The notes: generated by a model not told the origin, from the letters alone. 49,803 bases of DNA from an uncultured Syntrophomonadaceae bacterium (GCA_964458455.1 CAYWIY010000003.1:1-49803); one strand, 5' to 3'. Shown: positions 1 to 10,652, counted from the stretch's first letter. Numbers and translations: made by a program.

Positions 1-266
1 ATAAAAGGCCCAAGATCTAATGCGCCGGTGAAGCGGTAGATAAAGTCCCGGTAGGCGGTAATATCATCCAGGGCTTCCCCTTCTGAGCGGCCGTGGCCGG
101 GAAGGTCAACAGCAAGCGGATTAACCGGAGGTGGCATTGCTTTAAACTGGTACAGCCAGTGGTGGTGCCCTCCGCCCGAGCCGTGACAAAAAAGCAGTGG
201 AATCCCTTCCCTGTTTTTGTTTCCGGAGTAATAGATGCGTTTCCCGTCAAGTTCCAGGTAGGGCAT
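1..266 (-). CDS. alpha/beta-fold hydrolase, N-terminal part (gene runs off the left edge)
   Basis: Absent from the ORF track because it has no stop inside the window. Minus-strand translation from ATG 266-264 reads MPYLELDGKRIYYSGNKNREGIPLLFCHGSGGGHHHWLYQFKAMPPPVNPLAVDLPGHGRSEGEALDDITAYRDFIYRF... This matches the LLFxHG...W...DLPGHGxS N-terminal pattern typical of alpha/beta hydrolases. The frame stays open to position 1. Confidence 0.7.
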   Translation of the reverse strand, partial: MPYLELDGKRIYYSGNKNREGIPLLFCHGSGGGHHHWLYQFKAMPPPVNPLAVDLPGHGRSEGEALDDITAYRDFIYRFTGALDLGPF

Positions 267-349
267 ACCCCTGGCTTCATCCTTTCCCCGTAGCAGTATT
301 TACTAAAATTAATGATTCGCGGTTGTAGCAAATATATCCTGCCGCCTGA

Positions 350-1945
<1,596 letters not shown>

Positions 1946-1975
1946 GCCGGATTAAAGACCAGGAACCAGTCCGGA

Positions 1976-2013
1976 AACCGCAGGCCGGCTTTGCCTGCGG
2001 TTCTTTATTTTTT
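1976..2013 (+). terminator. rho-independent terminator after guaB
   Basis: Stem AACCGCAGG (1976-1984) pairs with CCTGCGGTT (1994-2002), followed by CTTTATTTTTT. Confidence 0.8.
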
Positions 2014-2120
2014 AAATCTACCCGTACGCCCCTTTATCCTGTTCCTGTCCGGCGGTATAATAAAAACATGTAAAGAATATGTAAACTGAAATGGCAAGTT
2101 AACTGAAAAAATATAGCGGG

Positions 2121-2777
2121 GTGTTTAAAACGCGCGGCTTACTCGTATCACTGGAAGGAATTGATGGTTGCGGAAAGTCGACCCAGGTTGAACTTCTGAA
2201 GGCAAGGTTCGAACAATCAGGGATATCCTTTATTTCTGTCCGTGAGCCGGGCGGTACTGCTGTGGGAGAAGGCATCAGGCAGGTGCTTCTACAAACAAGC
2301 TACTCGGTGAGCGCTGAAGCTGAATTGTTTCTTTACATGGCAGCACGGGCCGAGTTGAGCAGGCAGGTCATTCTCCCGTCGCTCATGGATAGGAAGCTGG
2401 TCCTTTGCGATCGGTTTACCGATTCCACCCTGGCTTACCAGGGTTACGGAGGAGGCATGGACCTGCGGTGGATAGAACAACTTAACTGGAAAGCGACCAG
2501 CGGCCGGTTGCCGGATCTTACATTCCTGCTGGACTTACCGGTAGAAAAAGCGGCAGCCAGGCGCGGCGATATTCCCGATCGCATGGAAAAAAAAGATTTG
2601 CGCTATCACAAAAGGGTTCAGCAAGGTTACCTGGAGATTGCCCACCGGGAGCCGGAACGGGTTAAGGTGATCGATGCCTCCGCTGAAAGGGAAAAGATCT
2701 GTTCTGATATTTGGCAGCAGCTCCACCCCTACCTGGAAACACTGGCTGAAACGAGGGCTGACCATGAATTTTCGTAG
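2121..2777 (+). CDS. tmk: thymidylate kinase
   Basis: P-loop LEGIDGCGKSTQ, DRF motif and typical length of 218 aa. Confidence 0.95.
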   Translation: MFKTRGLLVSLEGIDGCGKSTQVELLKARFEQSGISFISVREPGGTAVGEGIRQVLLQTSYSVSAEAELFLYMAARAELSRQVILPSLMDRKLVLCDRFTDSTLAYQGYGGGMDLRWIEQLNWKATSGRLPDLTFLLDLPVEKAAARRGDIPDRMEKKDLRYHKRVQQGYLEIAHREPERVKVIDASAEREKICSDIWQQLHPYLETLAETRADHEFS

Positions 2778-3753
2778 TTTAGTCGGCCAGGAGATTCTGA
2801 GGCATACCCTGAAGCGGTTGTTGATCGATGATCGTTTAAGCCATGCCGTGCTGCTGACCGGCCCGGCCGGCAGCGGCAAACAAAGCTGGGGGAAAGCACT
2901 TACTGCGGCATTGCTTTGTGCCGATCCCGTGCAGGGGGAAGCCTGTGGGAAGTGTGTTTCCTGCCGTCAATTAGCAAGCGGTAATCATCCTGAATATTAT
3001 CTAATAGAGCCGGAGGGGCGCAATATCAAGATTGAGCAGATCCGTTCGCTGCGCACCGGCTTACATCTTCTTGGCGGCAGGAAGGTTTGCTTGATCAAAC
3101 ACGCTGAGGCTATGACTGCGGAAGCTTCTTCTTCATTGCTAAAGATCCTGGAAGAGCCTCCCGAGGGTTTATACTTCATTCTTCTGGCCGAACAGCCCCG
3201 GCAGCTTTTCGAAACTATCCTTTCCAGGTGCCAGCGCTATCACCTGCAGCCTCTTAGCCATGATCAGATCCGGGGGATGCTGGAAAAGGAGAAGGCTTTG
3301 AGCTCCGAAAAGGCGATCATGCTGGCGCGGCTCAGCAGGGGCATACCGGGCCGAGCCTTCGAGCTGGCAGAAGATGAGGAATTTGACCGGCGCCGTGAAG
3401 AAGCAGAAAATCTTGCCCTCAACTTGCTTTCTGAAGAAGGTTCGGCGTATCAACTGCTGTCAAAAGCTGAAACCATGGCAGAGAGGGATGACCTGCTCCC
3501 CCTGCTGGATTTGCTTTGTTATAGTTTCCGCGATGTCCTGGTCATGAACCTGTGCCGGGATGAGCGTTTTTTAATTGACCCCTCCCGCCCTTCCTTGCAG
3601 GTGGGAGAAGCGAGCGTAAAAAGATTTGAAGATATTATCCGCCTGATTAATAACACAATTTATGAATTGACAGCGACAAACGTCAACCGGCGTTTGCTGC
3701 TGGAAAAAATGTTTATCACAATACAAAGGGGGTTGGCCCAATGCCGAGGATAG
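2764..3753 (+). CDS. holB: DNA polymerase III delta' subunit
   Basis: MNFRSLVGQE...HAVLLTGPAGSGK, a Cys-cluster CGKCVSC, and position after tmk as in Firmicutes. Start taken at ATG 2764, overlapping the tmk end by 14 nt. The track ORF start at 2674 lies inside tmk. Confidence 0.9.
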   Translation: MNFRSLVGQEILRHTLKRLLIDDRLSHAVLLTGPAGSGKQSWGKALTAALLCADPVQGEACGKCVSCRQLASGNHPEYYLIEPEGRNIKIEQIRSLRTGLHLLGGRKVCLIKHAEAMTAEASSSLLKILEEPPEGLYFILLAEQPRQLFETILSRCQRYHLQPLSHDQIRGMLEKEKALSSEKAIMLARLSRGIPGRAFELAEDEEFDRRREEAENLALNLLSEEGSAYQLLSKAETMAERDDLLPLLDLLCYSFRDVLVMNLCRDERFLIDPSRPSLQVGEASVKRFEDIIRLINNTIYELTATNVNRRLLLEKMFITIQRGLAQCRG

Positions 3754-4547
3754 TTGGAGTCAAGTTTAAAAATGCCGGGAAAACTTACTATTTTGAACCC
3801 GGTTCACATAAATTAGATAAAGGTGATTATGCTGTGGTGGAAACGGCCAGGGGAAAAGAAATCGGGGAGATTGTCATCCCGGAGAGAGACGTTCCGGAGG
3901 AAGAGCTGGTTCATCCCCTGAAAAAAGTGGTTCGCAAGGCTTCAGATGCTGATTTTGCCCAGGCTGAAGAAAATGAAAAGAAGGAAACTGCTGCTTTTGA
4001 CAGGTGCCAGCAGAAGATTAAAGAGCACGGTTTGGACATGAAACTGGTTGGGGCGGAATATACCTTTGATCGGAACAAAATAATATTCTATTTTACTTCT
4101 GAGGAAAGGGTCGATTTCAGGGAGCTGGTTAAAGACCTGGCTTCGATTTTTAAAACCCGGATCGAGCTGCGCCAAATTGGGGTGCGCGATGAAGCCAAGA
4201 TAAAAGGGGGTATCGGCCCTTGCGGAAGGGCTTTTTGCTGCAGCACTTTCCTGGAAGAGTTTGAGCCGGTATCTATACGTATGGCCAAGGGCCAGAATTT
4301 GTCCCTGAACCCGACCAAAATATCCGGGGTCTGCGGCCGTTTGATGTGCTGCCTGCGTTATGAGGCCAGCAGCTATGAGGATTCCCGCGATCAAATACCG
4401 AAGCAAGGCCAGGCGGTAATTACGCCCGACGGAGAGGGAACCGTGGAAGAGGTAGACAAGAAGAAGAAGTCAGTCCTGGTTAAACTGCAGGAATCCGGCT
4501 ACACGAGAACTTTCCCCTTAGAAGAAATTGACCTGGTGCAGGGCTGA
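3741..4547 (+). CDS. ricT: PSP1-domain protein RicT/YaaT (stage 0 sporulation / RNA maturation complex subunit)
   Basis: IVGVKFKNAGKTYYF, a conserved Cys-rich segment GPCGRAFCCSTFL...GVCGRLMCCLRYE, and synteny after holB. Confidence 0.9.
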   Translation: MPRIVGVKFKNAGKTYYFEPGSHKLDKGDYAVVETARGKEIGEIVIPERDVPEEELVHPLKKVVRKASDADFAQAEENEKKETAAFDRCQQKIKEHGLDMKLVGAEYTFDRNKIIFYFTSEERVDFRELVKDLASIFKTRIELRQIGVRDEAKIKGGIGPCGRAFCCSTFLEEFEPVSIRMAKGQNLSLNPTKISGVCGRLMCCLRYEASSYEDSRDQIPKQGQAVITPDGEGTVEEVDKKKKSVLVKLQESGYTRTFPLEEIDLVQG

Positions 4548-4593
4548 TTAACACGCTCAGCAGCTCGGCTACAGTTACTTGAAAGCATAAAAT

Positions 4594-4619
4594 AAGGGGC
4601 GCTTGCATTAGCGTCCCTT
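4594..4619. terminator. hairpin terminator between convergent ricT and abrB
   Basis: Stem AAGGGGCGC (4594-4602) pairs with GCGTCCCTT (4611-4619). On the minus strand it is followed by ATTTTAT, which suits abrB. On the plus strand it is followed by an A-run only, so it is weaker for ricT. Confidence 0.6.
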
Positions 4620-4673
4620 AAAAAAATCTATTCTTTATTATCCATTCTTTATTATCCATGCATTTGCTAAGAT

Positions 4674-4922
4674 CTACTCTGTAGCCAGTTTATCCACGCA
4701 TTCCTGGCATACGATGCGATTACCAAAATGTTTTACATTGTCTGCATTGCCGCAGAATAAACAGGCTGGTTCATATTTTTTGAGGATTATCCTGTCAGAG
4801 TCAACATAAATTTCCAGGGCGTCTTTAACTTCAATTCCCAGGGTTCGCCTTAACTCTATCGGGATGACTACTCTGCCCAATTCATCTACTTTTCTAACAA
4901 TACCCGTTGATTTCAAGAGCAT
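4674..4922 (-). CDS. abrB: AbrB-family transition-state regulator (SpoVT/AbrB swapped-hairpin domain)
   Basis: N-terminus MLLKSTGIVRKVDELGRVVIPIELRRTLGI..ALEIYVD...IILKKY is near-identical to the AbrB consensus. The C-terminus carries CxxC...CxxC. RBS AAAGGAGGAAAT precedes the start. Confidence 0.9.
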   Translation of the reverse strand: MLLKSTGIVRKVDELGRVVIPIELRRTLGIEVKDALEIYVDSDRIILKKYEPACLFCGNADNVKHFGNRIVCQECVDKLATE

Positions 4923-4962
4923 TTCCTCCTTTTCAGCTTAATGGAGCAACTTCGGTTCGGTA

Positions 4963-4992
4963 ATTATACCAGTAATTGACATGGTAAGTCAA
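4963..4992 (-). promoter_or_regulatory. putative abrB promoter (extended -10)
   Basis: The minus strand reads TTGACT (4992-4987), an 18-bp spacer, then TGgTATAAT (4971-4963). The -35 element sits in the inverted repeat ATTGAC-N8-GTCAAT. Confidence 0.5.
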
Positions 4993-5075
4993 TAGTTATT
5001 TTCCCTATTTAATCAAGTTTACAAGAATATTACATGTATGTGTTTTCCATGGTAATTTTAACCTGATCGCCTGTC

Positions 5076-5103
5076 TTGACACTATAAAAGGCTTTGATAT
5101 AAT
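5076..5103 (+). promoter_or_regulatory. putative metG promoter
   Basis: TTGACA (5076-5081), a 16-bp spacer, then TATAAT (5098-5103). It lies about 35 nt upstream of metG. Confidence 0.5.
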
Positions 5104-5138
5104 AACGTCATCCTGTCTAATCAAGAGGAGGCCTACCA

Positions 5139-7088
5139 TTGGCAGATCAGAACACCTTTTACATAACCACCCCTATTTATTATCCCAGCAACAAACTGCA
5201 TGTTGGAAATTCATATACTACCGTGGCTGCTGATGCTATGGCCCGTTTTAAAAGGTTGACCGGTTACCGGGTCTGGTTTTTAACCGGGACCGATGAGCAC
5301 GGTCAAAAGATCCAGCGCCAGGCTGAAGCCGCCGGAAAGCCGACGGCAGAGTTTGTTGATGAGATCGTGGAATGGATTAAAGAATTGTGGCAGGAACTGG
5401 ACATCCAGTACGATGATTTTATCCGGACTACCGAGCCCAGGCACAAAGAAAAAGTGGCCCGGATCTTTAAACAGTATTATGAACAGGGGGATATATACAA
5501 AGGTAAGTATGAAGGCCTTTATTGCACCCCCTGCGAAGCTTACTGGACTGAAAGGCAGCTCGATGACGGGAACTGCCCTGATTGCGGCCGGAAAGTGGAG
5601 TTAATTGACGAAGAGGCCTACTTCTTCAGAATGTCTAAATATGCAGACCGGCTGCTGGAACATATAGAGACCCACCCTGATTTTATTCTTCCACCATCCC
5701 GGAAAAATGAAATGATCAACAACTTTCTCAAACCGGGCCTGGAAGATTTGTGCGTATCGAGGACCTCCTTTGACTGGGGGATCCCGGTGCCCTTTGACCA
5801 GGACCATGTGATCTATGTCTGGCTGGACGCCCTGAGCAACTATATCACGGCTTTAGGTTACGGTGAAGAAAGCAGCCTTTACGATGAATTCTGGCCTGCC
5901 GATGTCCAGCTTATCGGCAAAGATATACTTCGTTTCCACACGATTTACTGGCCCATTTTCCTCATGGCCCTTGGCGAGCCCCTGCCCAAAACAGTATTCG
6001 GGCACGGCTGGCTGATGCTCCAGGAAGGGAAGATGTCAAAATCCAAGGGCAATGCCATCGACCCGATGGTCCTGGCCGGCCGGTACAGTTCCGATGCCCT
6101 GCGCTACTTTTTGCTCCGGGAAATACCTTTTGGCCAGGATGGGATTTTCAGCCTGGAATCGTTTATAACCCGGGTTAACAACGACCTGGCCAATGACCTG
6201 GGTAATTTGGTTAGCAGGACCCTGACCATGGCGGAACGCTATTTCGATGGAGTCCTGCCGGAGCCGTCTGCAGAAGAAGAAACCGATCAAGAACTGCGCA
6301 GCACGGCCATGAATACGCCGGGCGCGGTTGAGGCGGCTATGGATCAAATGAAGATTAGCGATGCCCTGGCCGAGTTGTGGCTGCTGGTCAGGCAGAGCAA
6401 TAAATATATCGATGACAATATGCCCTGGAACCTGGCTAAAGATCCGGCCAAAAAAGAACGCCTGGGCACCGTGATCTATAACCTGGTTGAAAGCATCCGT
6501 TTTGTTGCGGTCATGCTCAAGCCTTATATGCCCCGCACCCCGGAATCGATCTGGGAGCAGATCGGTATAAAGGAGAATGACGACCTGCAGCGATGGGAAA
6601 GCCTTAAAGATTGGGGGCTTTTAAAGCCCGGCACTGCAGTCAAAAGGGGGGACGATTTGTTCCCCCGCCTTAATATGCAGGCTGAAATCAGGGCCATGCG
6701 GGCAGATAAGCCGGCGGAAGAAACAACTGATGCTCCCGAGCAGGAAGAAGAGCAAACCGGCTTAATCAACCTTGAACAGTTCCAACAGGTGGATTTAAGG
6801 GTAGCTGATATTGTTTCCGCTGAAAAAGTGCCCAAGTCAGATAAGCTGTTGAAGCTGGAAGTAGATGTGGGTGAAGAATCAAATCGCCAGGTGGTAGCCG
6901 GGCTTGCTGAATTCTACGGGCCTGATGAACTTGTAGGCAGGCAGGTTTTGTTCGTGGCCAACTTAAAACCGGTCAAGCTGAGGGGCGTCCTATCTCAAGG
7001 TATGCTGCTGGCGGCTACAGGGGATGACGGCAACCTGGCCCTGACCACGGTTGACAAGAAATTGGCCCCGGGGAGCAGGATCAGCTAA
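5139..7088 (+). CDS. metG: methionine--tRNA ligase with C-terminal tRNA-binding (EMAP/Trbp111-like) domain
   Basis: HVGNSYT (HIGH-type) and KMSKSKGN motifs, zinc knuckle CTPCE...CPDCG, and a C-terminal VDLRVADIVSAEKVPKSDKLLKLEVDVG domain. TTG start after AGGAGG. Confidence 0.97.
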   Translation: MADQNTFYITTPIYYPSNKLHVGNSYTTVAADAMARFKRLTGYRVWFLTGTDEHGQKIQRQAEAAGKPTAEFVDEIVEWIKELWQELDIQYDDFIRTTEPRHKEKVARIFKQYYEQGDIYKGKYEGLYCTPCEAYWTERQLDDGNCPDCGRKVELIDEEAYFFRMSKYADRLLEHIETHPDFILPPSRKNEMINNFLKPGLEDLCVSRTSFDWGIPVPFDQDHVIYVWLDALSNYITALGYGEESSLYDEFWPADVQLIGKDILRFHTIYWPIFLMALGEPLPKTVFGHGWLMLQEGKMSKSKGNAIDPMVLAGRYSSDALRYFLLREIPFGQDGIFSLESFITRVNNDLANDLGNLVSRTLTMAERYFDGVLPEPSAEEETDQELRSTAMNTPGAVEAAMDQMKISDALAELWLLVRQSNKYIDDNMPWNLAKDPAKKERLGTVIYNLVESIRFVAVMLKPYMPRTPESIWEQIGIKENDDLQRWESLKDWGLLKPGTAVKRGDDLFPRLNMQAEIRAMRADKPAEETTDAPEQEEEQTGLINLEQFQQVDLRVADIVSAEKVPKSDKLLKLEVDVGEESNRQVVAGLAEFYGPDELVGRQVLFVANLKPVKLRGVLSQGMLLAATGDDGNLALTTVDKKLAPGSRIS

Positions 7089-7089
7089 A

Positions 7090-7878
7090 ATGCCTACGTT
7101 CATAGATACTCATGCTCACCTGGATTTTCCCCAGTTTAAAAATGATCTTGACCAGGTCCTGCAGCGGGCCCGGGAAGCCGGTGTGGCAGCTGTTTTGAAT
7201 GCCGGAACCGATGAGCAGTCTTCAGCGCGTTCTGTAGAATTGAGCAAAAAATATCCCCAGGTCGGCGCTTCTGTCGGTATCCACCCCCACGGCGCCGCCC
7301 GGGTTTCTGCCGGCTGGTTGGAAAAGCTTGAAAAGTTAACTTCTGAAGAAACGGTCCTGGCTGTAGGGGAAACCGGCCTCGATTTCTACCGTGACCTTTC
7401 CCCGCGGGAAGTCCAGGAACAAATTTTTCGCGAGCACCTTCGTTTGGCCTGCCGGGTTGAAAAACCGGTGATCGTCCACAGCCGTGATGCTCACAGCGAG
7501 ACCCTGCAGATCCTTAAAGAAGAACCGCTGCCTTCTCAAACCGGGGTGATGCACTGTTTTTCCGGTAATCGAAGCCAGGCGGAAGCTTTCCTTGATCTCG
7601 GGTTTTATATCTCCCTGGCCGGGCCGCTAACTTATCCACGTTCCCATGCTTTGCGGGACCTGCTGAATTACATCCCACCGGACCGGTTGCTTATGGAAAC
7701 AGACTCACCGTATCTTGCTCCCCAGGCTTACCGCAGCAAGCGCAATGAACCGGCCTACGTGAAGCTGGTATACGAACGGGCCTCCCTGGCCCTGGAAAAA
7801 GATCTGGCAAAGCTTTCCGAGCAGGTGTATGTGAATGCTATCCGCCTTTTCTCTGACACCCTGGTGGACCGGGCCTGA
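7090..7878 (+). CDS. tatD: TatD-family metal-dependent DNase/hydrolase (YabD-like)
   Basis: FIDTHAHLDF start, GETGLDFYR and ETDSPYLAP motifs. Start at ATG 7090, 2 nt after the metG stop. Confidence 0.92.
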   Translation: MPTFIDTHAHLDFPQFKNDLDQVLQRAREAGVAAVLNAGTDEQSSARSVELSKKYPQVGASVGIHPHGAARVSAGWLEKLEKLTSEETVLAVGETGLDFYRDLSPREVQEQIFREHLRLACRVEKPVIVHSRDAHSETLQILKEEPLPSQTGVMHCFSGNRSQAEAFLDLGFYISLAGPLTYPRSHALRDLLNYIPPDRLLMETDSPYLAPQAYRSKRNEPAYVKLVYERASLALEKDLAKLSEQVYVNAIRLFSDTLVDRA

Positions 7879-7954
7879 GATGACAGTAGCAACAATACCA
7901 GGTAAGCGTAGTGGCAAAATGGAAATGCGTGCGATCGACTGTCAAACTATACAT

Positions 7955-7995
7955 AAAAGACAGCGCTAAAGCTCTTTGCATAAGCGCTGTCTTTT
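7955..7995. terminator. bidirectional hairpin terminator between tatD and the SCP2 gene
   Basis: AAAAGACAGCGCT (7955-7967) pairs with AGCGCTGTCTTTT (7983-7995). A/T runs flank the stem on both sides. Confidence 0.75.
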
Positions 7996-8065
7996 AGATC
8001 TGGTTGTATTTTTTTAATGCTAAGTATATGCGATTTTGGCTTAATACATATACATTTTAAGGCTT

Positions 8066-8392
8066 TTAGCTGACCAGGCTCTGCAGCTTCATGGCCAGGG
8101 ACATGTCGCCTTTTACTTTCAGCTTTCCGGCCATGAATGCCGATGTAGCGTTCAACTTGCCTTCCAGTAGATCATTAAAATCATCTGCGGCCATAGTTAT
8201 TGTAATGTTGGGATTGTCATGGGCTGATTCAACAACAGTGGGCTTGCCATCTTCCACGACCACGTGAAAAACTCCACCGTTATCCCCCGAAAGATCAAAC
8301 TGGTATACGGCGCTGACACCTTTTAATTTTGAAGGATCAGCTTCTTCAATCTTTTTATTCAGGTTATCTAGAATCTCATTAAACTCTGCCAT
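8066..8392 (-). CDS. SCP2 (sterol-carrier-protein-2-like) domain protein
   Basis: 108 aa. VYQFDLSGDNGGVFHVVVEDGK...ITMAADDFNDLLEGKLNATSAFMAGKLKVKGDMSLAMKL matches the SCP2 fold signature. Strong RBS AAGGAGG. Confidence 0.8.
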   Translation of the reverse strand: MAEFNEILDNLNKKIEEADPSKLKGVSAVYQFDLSGDNGGVFHVVVEDGKPTVVESAHDNPNITITMAADDFNDLLEGKLNATSAFMAGKLKVKGDMSLAMKLQSLVS

Positions 8393-8559
8393 ATTATAGA
8401 ATACCTCCTTGAAATAATAATCATATCACCAGTGCAAACCATCTTCTTATTGATTAACTGGCTCTACCCCTCCTTTCCCCTGTTTAGAAAGAATTCTAGT
8501 AGAAAGGATTCCTGCTCGAAAAATGCTTAAACAGTTGAATTATTCCTGTTGTTAAATAT

Positions 8560-8588
8560 ATTATACTCTATAACCCCTTCTTTGTCAT
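8560..8588 (-). promoter_or_regulatory. possible promoter for the SCP2 gene (implies a ~160-nt leader)
   Basis: The minus strand reads ATGACA (8588-8583), a 17-bp spacer, then TATAAT (8565-8560). Confidence 0.4.
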
Positions 8589-8738
8589 TATATTTTTGCG
8601 AAAGCCCTTTCAAAGAGAAGCCTTGATAGCGAGATTGCCTGGTTTGCTTCGATTTAAATACAGGTGCGGGTAATTTGACGCCGCCCGGACTGAAAGGTAA
8701 ACTAAAGCAAAACCGGGAAAGCTGAGGATACTTTTCAG

Positions 8739-9617
8739 GTGGAAGATATGCCCGATGTAACTTCTCCCCGTGAACTTAATATACTTTTTCAGGAATATGG
8801 CCTTCAGCCCCGCCGGCACCTGGGGCAAAATTTCCTGATCGATGCCAACATCGTCCGAAAAATAGTAAGTGCTGCGGAGATTTGTCAAGGTGACCATGTG
8901 ATCGAGGTCGGCCCGGGAGCAGGAGCCCTTACGTTATCCCTGGCCCGTGCCGGATCCAGGTTGGTGGTGATGGAAATAGACCGCGGCCTGGTTAAGCTGC
9001 TCAGGGATTTGTTTGAAGCATGGCCCCAGGTAAAGATTATTGAGCAGGACGTTTTGCAGGCGGACTGGAAAACCCAGGTCCAATCCCTGGGATCAGAGAA
9101 AGAAGCGGTTAAGTTAATCTCGAACCTTCCTTACAACATCTCCGGTCCGTTTATGTATAACCTGTTCAGGGAAGGCTTCCCTTTTTCGATGGCTGTATTG
9201 ATGTTCCAAAAAGAGGTGGCCCAGCGCCTTGTTGCCGGCCCCGGGGATCATGATTACGGGAGCTTATCTGTGCTGAGTCACTATTATTGCCATGGTGAAA
9301 TATTATTTAATGTTTCAAAAAATGTATTCTGGCCCCGGCCCAAGGTGGGCTCTGCAGTGCTTAGATTACACCCGCGCCGGCCGGAACTGTCAGAAAAAGA
9401 AGAAAAGCTGTTTTGGGAAATTGTCCAGGGAGTGTTCCAACAGCGCAGGAAAACCATGTTGAACAGCATGGGCCGCCTTTTTGATATTTCCAGGAGCAAA
9501 CTGGTTGAGCTGTTGGAGGAAGTTCCTGTATCACCCATGGCCAGGCCGGAAGAGCTTGGCATGAAAGAATTTGCAAAGCTGTCTCGAATATTCTATAATT
9601 ATTTTGATAAGCAATAA
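8739..9617 (+). CDS. rsmA: 16S rRNA (adenine1518/1519-N6)-dimethyltransferase
   Basis: RRHLGQNFLID, SAM motif VIEVGPGAGALT, and NLPYNIS. The start is GTG 8739 (GAGGA lies 10 nt upstream) or ATG 8748. Confidence 0.95.
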   Translation: MEDMPDVTSPRELNILFQEYGLQPRRHLGQNFLIDANIVRKIVSAAEICQGDHVIEVGPGAGALTLSLARAGSRLVVMEIDRGLVKLLRDLFEAWPQVKIIEQDVLQADWKTQVQSLGSEKEAVKLISNLPYNISGPFMYNLFREGFPFSMAVLMFQKEVAQRLVAGPGDHDYGSLSVLSHYYCHGEILFNVSKNVFWPRPKVGSAVLRLHPRRPELSEKEEKLFWEIVQGVFQQRRKTMLNSMGRLFDISRSKLVELLEEVPVSPMARPEELGMKEFAKLSRIFYNYFDKQ

Positions 9618-9653
9618 AGAAAAAATAAGTGATACTGAAAGGTCGTAGAAAGT

Positions 9654-10130
9654 ATGTTTTTTACCAGTCCTTCTAAAGGGAAAGTATCATTCCAGGATTT
9701 GTTTGAAGACCTGGTGGGGTACACCAATGAATTTCCCGATGATTCATATAAGCTGATAATAGGTACTGATTCACACTCGTTTCTAAATGACCACGTTATG
9801 TTTGTTACAGCCGTTGTAGTCCACCGAATTGGTAAAGGTGGGCGTTTTTTCTATCACAAGCAAAAAACGCGTTACATGGAAAGTTTGCGGCAGCGGATCT
9901 ATTATGAAACCTATTTGAGCCTGGAGGTGGCTACAAGGCTGACTGAAAAGCTGGCTGAAAACAGCGATCTGCGCCTGAATGTAGAAATCCATCTCGATGT
10001 TGGCGAAAAAGGTGAAACCCGCGACATTATTAAAGAAGTGGTGGGCATGGTTATTGGAAGCGGCTACCAGGCTTTTATCAAACCCTACTCGTACGGTGCA
10101 GCCACTGTGGCCGATAGATTTACCCGTTAG
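9654..10130 (+). CDS. YkuK/DUF458 family protein (RNase H-like fold)
   Basis: 158 aa. IIGTDSH...FVTAVVVHRIGKGGRFFY...EIHLDVGEKGETRD pattern as recalled for the DUF458/YkuK family. Confidence 0.75.
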   Translation: MFFTSPSKGKVSFQDLFEDLVGYTNEFPDDSYKLIIGTDSHSFLNDHVMFVTAVVVHRIGKGGRFFYHKQKTRYMESLRQRIYYETYLSLEVATRLTEKLAENSDLRLNVEIHLDVGEKGETRDIIKEVVGMVIGSGYQAFIKPYSYGAATVADRFTR

Positions 10131-10182
10131 AAAGAATTAAAGGGCTTAAGCGGCAATATTTTTGTTATTTTCTAAGGATTTC

Positions 10183-10212
10183 TTGACATATTGCCCGATA
10201 TTATGTTAATAT
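10183..10212 (+). promoter_or_regulatory. veg promoter
   Basis: TTGACA (10183-10188), a 17-18-bp spacer, then TTAATAT/TAATAT (10206-10212). It lies about 30 nt upstream of the veg RBS AAGGTGG. Confidence 0.55.
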
Positions 10213-10243
10213 ATAGTTTAGAAAAAATATAAGGTGGTTTTAA

Positions 10244-10507
10244 ATGGTGGCAAAAGACGTCCTATTTGAAATCCGCAAGAAGCTTGAATCTCACCTGGGT
10301 GAAAAGATAAAACTGCGAGCCAACCGCGGCCGGCGTAAGACTTACGAAAAAGAAGGAGTGTTGGAAAGCCTTTATCCTTCGATTTTCATTGTAAGGGTGG
10401 ATGAAGACAACTATAACCAGAGGCTTTCATTCAGCTATACCGATGTTCTTACTGAAACAGTTGAGCTAAGCTTTAGCGAAGGGAAAATGCGTCGAAGCGC
10501 AGGCTAG
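10244..10507 (+). CDS. veg: Veg protein (biofilm/sporulation-associated small protein)
   Basis: IRKKLESHLGEKIKLRANRGRRK...GVLESLYPSIFIV...SFSYTDVLTETVEL is the conserved Veg sequence. Confidence 0.9.
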   Translation: MVAKDVLFEIRKKLESHLGEKIKLRANRGRRKTYEKEGVLESLYPSIFIVRVDEDNYNQRLSFSYTDVLTETVELSFSEGKMRRSAG

Positions 10508-10622
10508 CAAAAAGTTGGAGCTGATTTGCATTACAGCGAACGCTCCCGGTTATTAATATCCTGGGCCTCTCGATTTATCCAGTTGCTTGGAAAACGGGGC
10601 CGATGATATGAATAGCAAAATT

Positions 10623-10652
10623 AAACCGGATCTCAATCCGGTTTTTCTTTTT
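10623..10652 (+). terminator. rho-independent terminator downstream of veg
   Basis: AAACCGGA (10623-10630) pairs with TCCGGTTT (10637-10644), followed by TTCTTTTT. It lies about 115 nt after the veg stop. Confidence 0.8.

Noticed and set aside
4923-5138. T-box or S-box leader upstream of metG.
   Set aside because: The region has no T-box sequence (GGGTGGTACCGCG) or SAM-I core. It is only 216 bp and is filled by the divergent abrB and metG promoters.
8610-8897. 95-aa minus-strand ORF spanning the rsmA 5' end.
   Set aside because: It overlaps the conserved rsmA N-terminus, has no RBS and has no recognisable domain.
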